Source: Lama glama (Eukaryota). Taken from it: a stretch of 64,000 nucleotides of DNA. The position numbers and the translations under genes are program-made. Every line of letters begins with the position of its first letter. The stretch's first letter is position 1. Below are positions 37,891 through 53,000 of this stretch, piece by piece. The stretch spans positions 15,564,001 to 15,628,000 of the forward strand of contig CM052816.1 of the NCBI GenBank assembly GCA_028534125.1, in the 5' to 3' direction. The notes beneath the pieces were generated by a model, which saw only the letters and a list, made by a program, of their open reading frames with translations, was not told the origin of the DNA and made no database searches.

Positions 37891-40344
37891 TTTAAAAAAA
37901 ATGGTGGGCTTGGAAAAATTTAGGATGTTGGCAGTACAGACCCAACCTTGGTGTCACTGCCAGAGACCAAAAGAAAAAGCCGAGCTAGGCTGGAGCTGCT
38001 GCTGCCAATCTCCCAAGGAGGCTGACAGAGAAACTTCTGCTCCCTGGGGAAGGTCTGAGCTGTGAGCTGGGCATGCAGGGAGAATCTGGATTCCTAGGAT
38101 GGCGGGGTTAACTGAACAACCCTGCTGGCTGTAAGGTGGGGATATCCTGCTCTTTTAAACACTGCAACATTCAGGGAGTCTGTTTTGTGACATTTTCTCA
38201 CTGCCAACCTAAGTGCCAAATGGCCTGATTTGAACAAATCAAAATGAATGAAAATCAACGTTGGTAGGAAAACTGGAACAACGTTATTGGAAATACTCTG
38301 GATATTTGCGAAATTAAGGTAGAATCCCATCTTCAGAGAATAAAAAGTGGCTCCTCCTCAAGTCCGAGAAGTGTGGGGGATACTGCTGAAGTGAAAACAG
38401 TAGTGATGCGTGCTGGCCCTGAGGTTAGCTAGCAAACACTGAAAAAGAGATTTCTCTTTCCTCTGATCCTGAATGAGCAGAATCTCTTCCAAAATCCACT
38501 ACCCCAAATCAAAAAAGTCCTGTCTGCTAAGAAAGAAATTGTTACTGGCACTAGGAACAAAGAGATTTCTAAAAACCATGCAAAAGAGCCAAAGTAAATG
38601 ACATGCCACATGGTTAAATAAAAGTTAACATCCATTGGAGGTGGGGGTAGGAAGAGATTGCCAATCGTATCAGTTTAAAAAAGAAAGTGCTAAATAAAAA
38701 TGATAATAGATCTGTTGACCATGCTGGGCCCCTTTCTTGAAGGGCTCTTATGGGCCTTTAAATTTTGCCCTGTATGTAGTTCAGACCTACTCCAAGTCTG
38801 GGATGTTTCCCCTGGAGGCCTGCAGTAGACCCTCACCTCCAGCTCTCCAAAATGACCACAGGTCATATTTAATCATAGCCCCATTTGGAATCTTTAAAAG
38901 AGTAAGGCCACAGGACAGTTAGGAAGGGGCCCAGCTTCTGGCTTTTCATTCTCTTATACTTATTACAGATCATGGCTAGAGTTTCTACCACAACCTCCTG
39001 TACTAGAGAGCCCTCTTCTCGGACAGGGACCCAGAGATTGTCTGATCCCACCTTGAGGAGAGAGAAGAATCTGGTCTCCTCTTCAGAAAGTACCCACTTG
39101 CCCTCTGTGTGCCACCCAAATCAGAAGCACTGCCGAACTTAGGGAAAACCACAGTTTCTTAGTACCCGCCACCTCCACCCTTCACTACTACCTACGCGGA
39201 ACAGAGGCACCGTCAGCTTTAACTTTTCATATAGCAAAGTTTCTGTATTATTTTTACCGGAGTTGGTGGCCATCAGATGGGGGAGCTAGTTCAACAGCTA
39301 GCTAGCTATGGCTAGCTGTAGTCCAACAGATGGTTTCTCTACAAAGGAGGGCCATTTTAGCAAGAAAAAACCAAAACAGCAGCAACAACGACAACAACAA
39401 CAACACTTTCTTGGGATTTACTCAGGGAAGCCTGTGCTACTATGAACTTGAGATATTTCTATGCTATGCATCCATAAAAAGAATATAACCACTGTCATAT
39501 ACATTTAAATAACAATGACAATTTTTTCACAGTGTGGTTTTTGCAGGAAAAAGGTTCCTGCAACTACTTGTTCCAAGCCTTCTCGTACCCAGCCTGAAAG
39601 TAAGTGAAAGCATCAGAAGAGATAACATGAGGAGAAAGCACACATAAAACTTCCAACTCCATTTCTAAAGGTTGAGGAAAATATCATACACCTGAAGCCT
39701 CTACTAGTTTTTTGCGTTAGAGGCAAAACTGGGATGGTTCTTTTTGGTCAGATAATCTCATCTTCTAAGAGACGATCCCGCTAAAACTATGCTGAAGGAT
39801 CACGCCTGTGCCACATTTTTATTGGTAACTTCATTCACTGTCTACCACCGCACTCACTAGAAATGGAGTATTGAAAGGATGTTATTTTCAAGCACAACCT
39901 CTATTTTCTGCAGAGGATTCTCTTCATTTGTCATGTACTCTTTTGTAACCCTTCCACTACTCAAAATCAACTTCAAATTTAAAACAACACAAAACAAAAA
40001 GCCCTCCATGGAAAAGGGGCATGATCAATGGGGAAAGTGTCCCTTTCTCTTTAATTGTCAGGGCTTGGTTAACCATCACACCACCAGAGAATTTTAAAAA
40101 CTGACTCAAGAAGCAAGATAGGGAAGCCATTCACATAAAAACTTTAAAACTAAATAAATTTAATAGAAAATAGAGTTTTCCAGTGTGAGAGAGCACACTT
40201 AGTGCTTGTAGCCAATTAATGATCAGGCAAGTATACTTGCTACAAAATCCTGAAAATGGTTTCTATCAGAAAAAAATTCCCAAGAGCAACCGTAACCGCC
40301 CCCCCAACAAAGGCACTGAAACAAAAGACTGATCTGTTTATACA

Positions 40345-40388
40345 GTCACATGAAAAATAAACATCTTTATTTTTTTGCCTACTTTATT
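40345..40388 (-). terminator. Cleavage/polyadenylation site for IGIP and probably the long PURA isoform
   Basis: Two AATAAA hexamers on the minus strand (plus-strand TTTATT at 40383-40388 and 40366-40371), upstream TGTA motifs, and a downstream GU/U-rich element (TGTGACTG...TCTTTTGTTTCAGTG). Confidence 0.8.
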
Positions 40389-40510
40389 TCATTTTTTCAA
40401 ATAAAATTTAAATCTGTACAAAGTATACTGTTACAGTATATATTTTGTAAGAATCAATGCCTAAAAGAATCACAATACTTCAATAAGCAGTACAGCAGAC
40501 CTCGCTAGTT

Positions 40511-40723
<213 letters not shown>

Positions 40724-43700
40724 TTAGTTGGCAAAATTCAGCATTCTTAATGGGGTCCCCAAACAGTGCAAATTAATGATATTTTACTGTATAATTGGCA
40801 CATCTCCAATAAGGATTAACTTGTAAACTCAAAGAATATTACAACTTTGTCCTAAATTTTAACTAACATACATCTGGTCCATTTAACCAAAGTCATTTTG
40901 GAAAGATATTAAAGAACAATTCTATTTCTGAAAGGATATTGTTTTGACCATTCTTTAGAGAAGATAAATTTTTAAATTGTCATTAAAATGTTTTACTATA
41001 AAAATTTTACAAACTTGATTAGAAATTTCAAGATTATGATTCACAGCAGACAAATACAAACTGTTTAGATTCCAACAATACCTACTCTTAGACTTTCAAA
41101 TGGAGCACAACCATGCCAGCTGTGTTAACTAAAATTTTGAACAGTGTACTAAATTTATAAGTGGTGCTGGGTCTAGCAAGTGTAAATACACAGTATGTTT
41201 TAATGAAAAGAATTGTCTTCTTTATACTTTATTTGTTTTCCCATAAGAAAACATTAATGTTTACATTCTTTAATAAAGTTAATCTTACATCAGAATATAA
41301 CTTAATACTGTCAGCAACAGGGACCACACACAGTAAATAAGAAGCACATTTAAAATAAGTCTGAATTCACATAGATTAACATTTGTTGGTTAATAAAATA
41401 TCGACAGTATTACAATCTTACAATATTTACAGTAAGAAAAATCTAGAGTAATATATACCTTTCACAGCAGGATTCCTTTTTTTAAATCATTATTTCTTCC
41501 AGTTTGGGATTGTGTATACACGAAAAGCTCAAATAAAGCAACTCTGCAATATAATCTTAAAATAATGACTACTGGGGAAAATTCTATCACAACCATTGAA
41601 AATAATGGTGACTTTTCACGGAGTCTGTGGCATCTGAGAACCTAGTTAATTAACCAAAGTCTTGCTCATACTAGCCTCAGTTACCCAGATTAGAGCTGCA
41701 GAACTCCGGCCTTCCCTGACTGCTAAAAACCCAACAGATTTTCTCAACATGCTATAAGAAAAGAGGGAAAATAGGTTTCAGTTCACACCTCATGGCAAGA
41801 AGCCTCCGGCCAGTGCACATTCCCTAATTTAAGCTAAAAGAGGGCCAATTTCATCCCTAGAACATCACAAGAGTTTACCCTCCAACTACAGGACACTTTG
41901 ACACCGAGCTCACTCATTCCTCAACTCTCCTACATTAGGATAAGGCATGAACTTGGCCCATATTATACACACCAGCATCTGAGAGACTTGGACTGGGGCA
42001 AAGAAATAGACTAGTGCAGTTTGCACTGAGATCAACAGGGAAAACGGGAAGCGATGCACATTTCCAATTAGAATGGCAAGAAGACCCACATCCCTAAACT
42101 GGAATTTGGCCAGGGCATCAGAGTTAGCACCCCCTCTCTGAGTACCACAAGCAGTTAGGATGTGTGCTCTGGGCCTCTTCCGAGAGAGCATCTAAAGTAA
42201 CACCATGTGGGACATTAGTTCAGTGATGACTCCCAAGAAAGCAGATACAATTCTTGAATCTGGGGCTGCCCACAGCACCTGAAGTCACTCATCAGGAGCT
42301 GTGACCTGTCCCAACCTGCTTACTTTAAGAGATCTGATGGGCACAGAGCACTCAGGGATGCAGCTGCTGGCTACTTTGGACTCTAGATCTCACAGGTAAT
42401 CAACAGGTATCTGGGATTGAATTAGCAAACTGTACCATAGCTCCTTAAACAGACGCTGTCTGGTTTGAAATCATGTCAAGCATGAATCTTCACTGTCAGG
42501 TCAGAAATCAAAGTGGGAGTCTTCCCACATCAGCCAAGGTTATTCTGTCAAAACCTTAGAGGAGTTGGACAGTTTTTCATGTTGTAAGTGATTAGTTTAC
42601 TTATTTCAGTCAAGTTGGATTGGCAAACCAGACTGACTTATTTAGTTAGCTTTGTTTTTTTGATTCCTATGTATGTGTTAACCCAAAGCTGTTGTAGTTG
42701 GGCTAAATACACTGACAGAGAAAATTCAAACAACAAAAGTTTTCAGCAAACTTCTGTGGCATTTTCTTTTTGGAAGTCAATGCAAGATCTAAAGGTATTT
42801 CTACCCAACAAAGTCTGTTTAAGTGTTTAATGTTGTTTCCTTTTTGGTCCTATACAGAATGCTATGACTTCTATATAGGTCTGAATGCTGCTCCATGTAG
42901 ATTCCCTCTGTATATCTAAAAATATATACTTTTCAGTAGTTCAATACATGGTTAATCTTCCCACAGAGGAAGATTTTTGTAATCACATGTTGCAAAGTAG
43001 AAAAACATCTCCTTTCTAAGAAAGGAAATACATATACTTTCCTATTGTACACTTTTGAATAAGCCCAAAGGCATGCACCAAAAATCATTATTAAAACTAA
43101 TACATGCATTAAAATGGTGTACAGTTAGACTTAAATAAGGTGCTGCTTCTCAGTTTTTAAATTTGAAGACATTTTGTCAGTTGTTGACTCAGAGATCTCC
43201 CCCTACCCCACCCACCCTACTCCATGGCATCAAGAGAGAAAAGTAAAAAGTATGCATAAACCTTTAAACTATTCTTTACATGGGGAAAGGACAGATATAT
43301 CAACTATCCTATTTATAAACTGGATTCCCAGTTTGAAGTAAAACCAATATTACTGGTAAAAACTGTCAAAGCTAATACATCCAAACAAATGTTACTAGTA
43401 AATAATGTTCTACATAGAGAATAATTTACTTTGGTTTTATGTACCTTCTCAAAAATAATACCAATGTCCCATATGTCACCAAACTGATGTGTTTCAGCAA
43501 AGTTGTAAGGCAAATCTTTTTTTTTTCCCTAGTGACATCTTGTTTCCCAACAGATAAAACTAAAATCTTTTGGTGAGGAAGGGGTTAAGATACTGGCTAA
43601 CCCCTTGGCATCCTGAGCATTGTAGTTCATCAAACTCTACCCTGCTAGAAGCTGTCAGGCACCCTGACCCCTGCCTTGAACCAGGAGTGGCTCCCACATC

Positions 43701-43922
43701 TAGAGATGCCCTGACTCCTTAAAAATAGCTCTCAGAACTTTGCTTCATTTTTCCTTCTGTCTGTATGTTCTAATGTCTAACAAAGCTGGTTGCAATGTTA
43801 CATTTTGCTAATAGGGGCGACCATCTGACAATAATTCCACTGTGAAAAGTTTTAAGCCAATAATTATTTCCTAATTTTACCAATTAATTACATTAAACTT
43901 CTCTCTATAGAGTTTATTTAGA

Positions 43923-44080
43923 GCAGAGATCCTTAACTTGAGTTTCAGAAGATGTGTGATGCCCCTGAGGTTGTATGCAAAATTACTTGTGTATGTGCAT
44001 TTCCTTTCTGGGAAGAGGGTCCATCACTTTCATCAGATTATCAAAGATATCTGTGACCCCAAAAAGGGGTTACAGGGACT
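43923..44080. mobile_element. hAT-Charlie MITE (Charlie4z/MER80-like) inside the putative PURA 3'UTR
   Basis: CCCCTGAGGTTGTATGCAAAATT...GTGTATGTGCATTT...CTGGGAAGAGGGTCCATCACTTTCATCAGATT...CTGTGACCCCAAAAAGG. Confidence 0.65.
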
Positions 44081-47000
44081 TAGAGGGATACCCGTAATTC
44101 ATTTTATACCAGGATTGGGAAATGGGGGCAGAAAACTAAAAATGGCCTCAAAAATGGGGGGGCCAAATTGTTAATCTTTTCCCTTTATTCACATTTGCGA
44201 AATAAATGCTTCAAACTAGAAAAAAATAATTAAGCTGATTAAACTCCATTTAAAAATAATGAAAGCCACTTTCTAAAATTCTTTCATTTTTCCATATATG
44301 ATAAATTTAAGTCTCCAGGAAAAGGTTTGGAGACTGAAGTTTTCTGTTTTCCCAAAGGAAATTCATAGATACAATGCTGATCATCATCCACATTCAACCT
44401 AAAACAACTCTAATGATGTAAGCCTTTAATTTACGATTTTGAGTAAAGGATTACCTAGAGTCAAATACACATTTGTCAACCTTCATTTCCCAAAATTGGT
44501 CCATATTTAGACAACCACTGGGCACAATTCCACTAGATAAAGCTAAAATCCGAACAATGGAAGCTTAACTTTCTACCCCAATTAAAAACAAAGCCACAAG
44601 TTTCCACAATAGAGTCCAGCCACAAACATTCACACTATGTCATAGAGAACCTTCTCATTTCAAATACGTCACTGAATTTTCAACAGAATTTGCAAACAGA
44701 AGATCCAGAATGAATAGCAAAACATGCTGAGAAGAGCATGTCAAGAATTAAAACACCACCCCCGTTGCATCCCCCCCAAATCAGAAACACACTCAGGCAT
44801 TCCAAAAATAAACCAGATCTGAAGAGAGGCCTCTCACTTGTTGGTTTTTAAGTATGAAGTGCGTGAAAGTCTATGGGAAAGGGACTATAAAGTGAAATAA
44901 CTAAATAACTTACAAAAAAATAATTTTAGCCCACACATTTCTGTTCTATTGACAAAATTGTCAAAAACTTTTTTGCAATTTCGAACACTGTGTCGCACAA
45001 TCTCACTAAGACAAAAAATACGTTCACAGGTACACTTTTTGTTCTATTCTTTCTAGAGCACATCTTGAGGTTATAAGAATGCCTCTAGTTAAAATAAAGT
45101 CTCTTATCCCTTGCCACCCTCCCCCCCTCAAAAAGTGAGTCAACCTTGAATTCCAAAAAGGAATATTCATTTAATATAATTATTTCAATACCAATTATAT
45201 CACATAGATCATGAGGAAACTCCATGAGTATTATGGAAAACTACATGAAAGAGGGAGCTGCCACTTGCCACCCACTTCACTTCCAGCTTTTTTAAGCCAA
45301 TAACCAGCTATACTAAAATCTCATTGACTTCAGTGAAAACACATCAACACTCCAAAACCAGGCCTTTTCAGGCTGGAAGTTGGACCTCAAAGACATCATT
45401 TCATACACATATATATATATATTTTTTTCCTATCCTAAGCTTTCACTTTGTCTATTCAAATAGTTTAATAAAACTCACATTTACAAAGGATTATATTGGC
45501 AAATAAAGGCCCATATTAAAAATTTTATCAAAACAAAGTTTTGCTCGTACAGAGCTAACACTAAGAAATATTTTCTTGGACTTATAAAGAATATTTAATT
45601 GCATATAAGTTTTGCTTTGGGTGGGGTATTGAAAACAAAATTCTGTAAGAAATTAGAAAAGACTAGAAACAAAAGTGAAAGTGTCTTAACTTTCAAAAAA
45701 TCAAGTGCAAAGATAAATAGTGCAAATAATGGAAAATAGAAATTTTATAGGCAACTTTACATAGTCTTTCCTGCTTTTGCACTTTTATATATTGAGAACT
45801 TTATAAACCCTAACAACTGTATGCAGCATGGAAATGGGCTATCATTTATCTCCATTGACCCAAGGGAGCCTTTCAAAGACCTGCCTCACAGTCATTTAAA
45901 TCACTGGTTCTTGACACAGGTTTGGGAATTCACCTCTGTTTAAACACTTCCTAAGGGAGGGGTTATTTAAGACGGCTCTGCAATGACTTAAACAAGTTAT
46001 AGTATGTAACTATTTAATGTAAAATCTGACACACAATAATATGTGAAAATCATACTATGTGCCAACTCTACAAAATAAGTTAAAATAAAAATAATTCTGC
46101 TATTGTTAATGAAGTTGACATTTGCTAGAAAATTTACATTTCAAATACAAAATCAGAACCCCCACACACACACTTTTTTAAGCTATTTCTAAGGAGGTTT
46201 TATCACTAATGTATACAGATTTGGGTAAAATGAAACTTGAAAGTAATCTGTCAAAATCACTGAGACCAAGTCCACACTAAACTAGAAAACAGAGTTAATC
46301 CAAATATACTTGAATTATGTAACTTTAAAAACAAATATTATAGCAATTCTTTATCTTAAATAATTCAAGATGCTCCTGGGATACTGGGAACAGAAATCTA
46401 AACACTATCAGTTCACTGTACAAAGGACATAAGAACTTTCAGGATGTACTAAATTACATTGTTAACATTTGCCACCACTGAACTCTTGGGAATTCTACAA
46501 TTTTAAAGTAATATAGAGGAAAAGGAACAGAAACTTGAGTTTGTGGGGTATGTTGTCTAATTTTAGAAGTATAGTATTATTGAGGGTCTCACAAGGTTCA
46601 CAATATTAAGTGACTGCTAGGATTGCAAATATAAAAGAAATAGAAAAGACATCTAAAACTGCAATTCAGGCTTTTTACCCGGTTTACTGTCCTCTTCTAA
46701 GAAATATACATGGACCAAAGGCTCAAGGTTCTGTAAAAGCAAAGCAAAATATGGATCTTGGTGGACTGTAAAACTAAGTAATTTGACCTAAAGAACATTT
46801 TGAAAAGGAAAGGTAAACTATATTGTAACATGAGCCCAGGAGAATAGTCTGTATGATAAATATTTCTGATAGTTTAAAAATGATAACTGTGAAAAAGTTT
46901 GTAATTTTCTTAGTTCTTTTCCTCAAAATAGTAAGTCCCCAGCACCTACTTGCCTTGACCAGAAAAGTTGCCATTCCACAATTGTGCTATTTAATTTATC

Positions 47001-50000
47001 CAGAAAAGCAAACATCCTACACCTGAAAATAGACTTGTATAATGCATCATCATCATCATATCTAGCTACAGACCAACAGCTTTCTCATAACCAATAAGGG
47101 ACACATTTTCTCTGGTTTTACTGAAACTTCCTTCGTGAAGATCAACTTCATTGTCCCTAGCAAACAACTCTCATATAAGGCTCCACCTTAGTGTCTTTTC
47201 CTACCTACAACAAAAATCTCTCCCACTTTACCTCCAAACCATTCCCTTAATATACCTTCCACATTCCCACTCATGAACACAGTAAACAGCTCTCCCCTTT
47301 CTGCTCTCAAATTTCCAAACCAGTAAGTCTCAGCTTCCAGTAACTTACCTAAGATACACATACTTCTTACTTTCTTCAGTTCAAATTCCTTAAACAATTT
47401 CAACGCTCTTCAAACTGTCAACTTAAGACTATGGGGAAAACAACAGTCATAAAAAACTGTCCAATCACCACATCATACGGAAATCTTTCTGGGATTAGTT
47501 AGCTATGTTCCAAGACAGGAGGCAGCAATTTCTTTACCTCCCTCCTAAGGAGATAAACTGGAGTACCACTGGCAGGCCTATGACAAGAAGAATAAAGGAG
47601 ACAGACAGGGAAAAGGGGGAATGGGAGAAAGGAAATGCTAGGGTTATATGGTAAGGAGGTAAACCAAATGTCACCAACAACTACCTGCACTGGAAACTAC
47701 CAATCCACTCCAGATCAATGGGCGTTTGACTCATTCCCCAACATGAGTCTATTAATTCAGTAGCTGATGGCCATCACTATTTGAGCTGGTCAATGTGAAT
47801 ACATAAGTCACCTGTCCCATAAGTTTGACTGCCACTTTGTAAGAAGGACATCTTTTCTTAAATCCCTTCTAGAATCCTTCTGCATTAATCCAGTTTAGAG
47901 CAAAACACATGCCAACAAGAATATTTCCATGTTTTTCAAAATTCTAGAATATAAAAGTTTGGTCCTTGAACTTGGAGGCTTCTTGAATTATTAAAGTGCA
48001 CCCTGAATCAAGAAAATTAAACTCTTTAGCTCAAATTTTTTCTAGGAGATGCTACAAAAATTTAATTAGTAAGCATATTACTAATAATTATCAAAATAAA
48101 AGATGTATTCATGAAAATGCAAAAATCTTGTGATTCAAAAATGAGTAAAATATTTCTGGTCTGTAAGAAGTAACTGTTTTACACAGAAGATCACCACCAT
48201 GTTTCTGCCTATCAAACAAGACAATTTTCCACAAAAGCAAAGCACATCAGGGAAAAAAAAGGAAATAAATACTAAACACAATATGGGGACAAAATAAAAA
48301 TAAATGAGTAGCTATGAAATCCTTTTTAAGAAAAATATTTCTAACAAGTGACCTTTGTCATACTCAACTTTTCTAAAGACATAAATTGCCTAGGATCATT
48401 CAACGTCAAAACTTGGTAGTCAGTTTAGCAGTTGAGATGACAAACTATTGGCTTGAAAGCAATCATATCTTTCACTTTTCACCTGGTTGTTCTTACATTA
48501 GGAAATTCTACCTGACATGCTAATGTTAGTTTAGATGATCTTCACTTAGCCCATAATATTAAAATTTCTGCTCAAAAAGAACCTATCAAATGGCCTAGGC
48601 CTTAAATTTAGGTTTTGTTCTAGGATCAAATAACCCTTCAAGTAGTAAAATCAGCTTTCCCTAAAAAATTACTATAAATTCTCTACAGTAATTAATGTGC
48701 TGGGTGAAAACAGTAATTTTAATAGCAGGTCACTTTAGCTTTACACAATTTCATTATGAATGGCCTAAATTTGGTTAGCTTGCAATGAAGATAAACAGAA
48801 ATATTATAATAAATGATTTAAAAGTGGATAAACTTTAAGACAACTTTGTACAAATAACTTCAGTGAATTTATTCACTTAAGCAATTCTAATAAATTCTCT
48901 CTCCTATTCATTCCACTCTCACGAGGAAGTATATATACCTACAAATCATTAAGATACTCAAAGTTAGGGATCATCAACTATAAATGTTATACTCAGAGCT
49001 ATCACCAATTTTTCAAAACCTAAGTGGCTAAAGATTCTCATTTTAGCATAAAGGATGCTACAGAGAAAGCAGAATCTCATTCTGATAATGAAAAGGGAAA
49101 ATGTCATTAGATTTGGTATCTCATTTGTTATGGGGGAAAAAATCTTAAAAGTGTGTTCACATGTAAAATAAAACAAATTGTGGAGCTATGAAAGCCACCA
49201 GAGCAACAATTTCCGAAATCCCATTCTAAAATTACATGGAAATATGTGTGTGTATGTGTTTATGTGTGTGTAATACGAAAAATAATGAGTGGGAATATTG
49301 AAGAGAGGATGAACCATGTGTGGGAGATAAAAAAAAATCAGGTCCATGGTGGGGTCAACCATGGCTGGCGGATAACCCAAAATATCATAAAGAAAAATGT
49401 GTTAGTTTAGAAAGTTTCAACATTGCCAAATGCAAAATGTTAAAGAACAGAAAAAAATGAGATAATCCCCACAAACATCAAATTTCATAAGAAAAAAATA
49501 AGAAAAAAGTGACCTATACATCTTTTATAATATATTAAATCTTAACTGACTTAAAGATTATATAAAGTGCTTGGGTCATGGTACCCACCCAGGTTCTCAT
49601 TATCAACGGACTTATCTTTTCCCCTCCCTTCCACCCAAATTTAGTTGTTTTCCTACAGAAAAAGTACAGCATTCCTATATTAATAAGTATAAGAAATGAA
49701 AACAGTGAGTACAACTGATATAGATCCATTGACTTTTATTACAAATGTACTTGATCACTTGGCTTCAAAAAGTTTAAAATCAATACCCTATTTTCTGTAT
49801 GCCAGTACAAAGCAAACTGTTTTACAAATTAAATACCTAAAAATTTGACAAAAATATTAAACTTTGATGAAAAACAATTATAAAAATCCTTAATCTCTCT
49901 CTCTTCAAAAAAGGAGGCAGTCTTCCCAGTCCTATTGTACAATATTAATAATATTCACCATTTTTAGAATAGGTAGCTAAATTATATTTTTCTGTTAGCA

Positions 50001-53000
50001 TACAAAACTCTTAGACTAATAGATTTTATTTGTATACGCTCCAGTTAAGTCTGTAAGTGCCATCTGATTGCAATATAATCAACTATCTTTAATTGAGTCC
50101 TAATTTACACTTATTTAATAATTTGCATAGTTTAAAAGGGATAAAGGTTATTCTATAACTAATTATCATAGGCTATTACAGTGCTATTTTTCAAGGCAAC
50201 AAGTATTTGCTCCCAAATGAAATTATCTGTCTTCCTTAAGCAGGGGTTAAAACTGCTAGCAGCATTACCTGAAAAATCATACTGGAATAGTTATCCATAT
50301 CTAGATGTGAAGACCTAAAAAATACACTGATATATTTCCCACTTAAGAGTCAAATTTCAACCCCTGCATGAGATAACTAGAAAGTGAGACTTTCAAGGTT
50401 TTTTATTTCCCTGTTAGTTTTGGTTTCTACTCTCCATGGCTTTTGAGAAGCTGGAAAAGTTTGTCTTTCCTGACTCACATTGTCTTTTTTTCCCATTTGG
50501 CAAATATTCATCTACCTTCAATCTGTATCTAGTGGAGGAAAAGCCAACATGGCTTTTCTTATGAACTTCCTTTGTTGTCAAAGGCATGTATAATGATTTC
50601 TACAGTTCTGGTTACTTTAGCTCCCTCTATGGCTGGATGACTGCTGCTTCAAACATCAGCATGATAAATAGGAGGCACAAATAAAAAGTTGCTTAAAAAA
50701 AGATTTGGTGATTTAAAAGAAAACAAACAAACAAATAACACCAAACACACACACATATATGGGCATTTCAAATCTGGTGGCTGATCTCTGGATTAAATTA
50801 CTTGACAGTGTCTCTCATTTTAAAGAACACAATGCATTTGAAGTGTTCTTTTATACTTAGGCAAATAATAAAGTTTAACCAAGCTCTTGGACCTTAATTG
50901 TAAGACAAAGCAGATCATTAAAAATAAGGCATACTTGTCAGGAATTAAATTTTGTTTGCTTGTTTTTGGCACATTTGATCATACTGTCTTCTATAAATAA
51001 AGCATATGGTCAAATATACCATTTCCTTTTTTGTTTCAGCACAAACAGGGTTTACCAACTAGTAAAATAAAAACAAGGAAAAACTCCAACATAAAACACT
51101 GAGATATAGAACCTTGGTAAAGTACCGAGCACCTGGAGGGGGAAAGGGCTGGAAAAGGATGAAACAGGAGAGGGGAGAGGGAAGAATGGAAGGGTACTTG
51201 GGGAGGTAAAGTGAGATGCAAAAAAAAAGAGCATCTTTACAGTCATTAGTCTTTTCCATGATCATGTCTTAAGTCTTAAAAGATCTGCATGTGGATTTCT
51301 TTTTCAACCCACTGACCATAAATCAGACAATGGTTTCAAAATCTTAGTAAGATTGTGTTTAACTGTTATAGTGTAAAGACAACTGCACAATGCATGTGCT
51401 TCTTGATCCGGTAGGATTCCAAGCAGAATCTGAAGTCTATAGGTAAGAAAGGCTTCACTTTAGGTAACTCGGACCCTAAAGAAAACCTCATGAAAGAACT
51501 CGCATCTCAAAGAAAGGACACTTTGCCTAAGTTTGCTGTGTTTTTGTTGACTTGCACTACTTATTGCTGGCTACTATGAAACACTGATCTAGGAGTACTC
51601 CAACAACCTGTAGCACAAGGCTTAACTTTAAGAAGCTATAGTAAACAAGAGACAAAATCAAAGCAATTCTCTTTCCTAACTAGTAACAACACAGAGAATG
51701 CAGTCTTTTCCATATCACAGTTAAAGTACAGTGAACAAAACAGCTCAACAAACCTTAAGACAAAAAAGTGCAGGTTATTAATGTTTACATGCAGTTGATA
51801 AGCATTCCAAATGTCACATTATGCACTGTAAAAGCTCAACTTTACTATATGGAAATAAGAAAAATGCATCTTGGGGTAAGGGGGAAAGCAATTTAATCAT
51901 TTCCAGTGATTTTGTAAGTAAAGAAACTCCTAACTATTGTACGGTCACCTCATATTTAACATCGTATGAATATTAAAAGCAAACAATTTAATGGGAAAAT
52001 GCACAGTACAATGGAAATAGCTTGTTATTCAACACATACAGTAGATCTCAAAAACAAAGACAACACATTCAACCAGGGAGCTTAAAAATATCAAATCAAA
52101 ACCCAAAGAACCAGCAGAAAAAAAATCCTTCAAAAAGGCAACTGTTTCACCTTCCTAGGCCAATGCTTTACAATGTGAGAAGCACTGATACCTTCCAGCT
52201 CCTACAGGTGGTGTCTTCTACATACAGCAGTTAGATCTATATGGCTGGATTTGCCAAGAAAACAATTCCATCCCCAGAACTCTCTCTGTCAGACAAGACC
52301 TTTTTTTTTTTTTAACCAAAATACTTTCTACAGAATTCCAAACCAAAATGTACTGTTTAAGGCATCTTTTTTTATAACATTTTCTCTTCACTCAAAGATG
52401 ATAGTCATGCAGCAGTTTAATGATAAAAATATATTAATATTTTACTATACAGCAGCAAGAAGTTAGTTGTCAATTAAAAGCACACGAACATCTTTAAATG
52501 AAAACCTGTAAAAGACTATCGTTACAAACAATTTCAGTTTGGAGGACACCAGCTTGGTAAAGTGCTCTCCTAAGCTTTGCATTTTCATACCCTACACCTT
52601 GAATATATGAGTTATAGAACATACTTTTGATAGAAGGCTTGTACACTTGGGGAACACAAAAACACTTAGCATATAATGTAGCCAGTAATAACTAGCACCA
52701 CAGCTACATGGAAATCCTTTACATATACCAACTTGGCTTTCACTTTTAAAATGAAGCTCAGAATCCATGGCTCAGTAGGATAACTATAATTGTGTTGCTC
52801 TGCTTTTTAACAGGTCTACATAAGTTAATAGCACTGGCAAAAATCAAAGGATAGCTTCAGACCTCTTACAAGTTTAGGAGACAGTGCTAGTGACCACAAA
52901 TAGACTCACTACCTGATGTCCAAGTACAGGTTCACTGGAAATTGCTGCACGTTAGTTTTTAAAACCTTTCTACACATAATAAAAAAAATATATTATGAAC

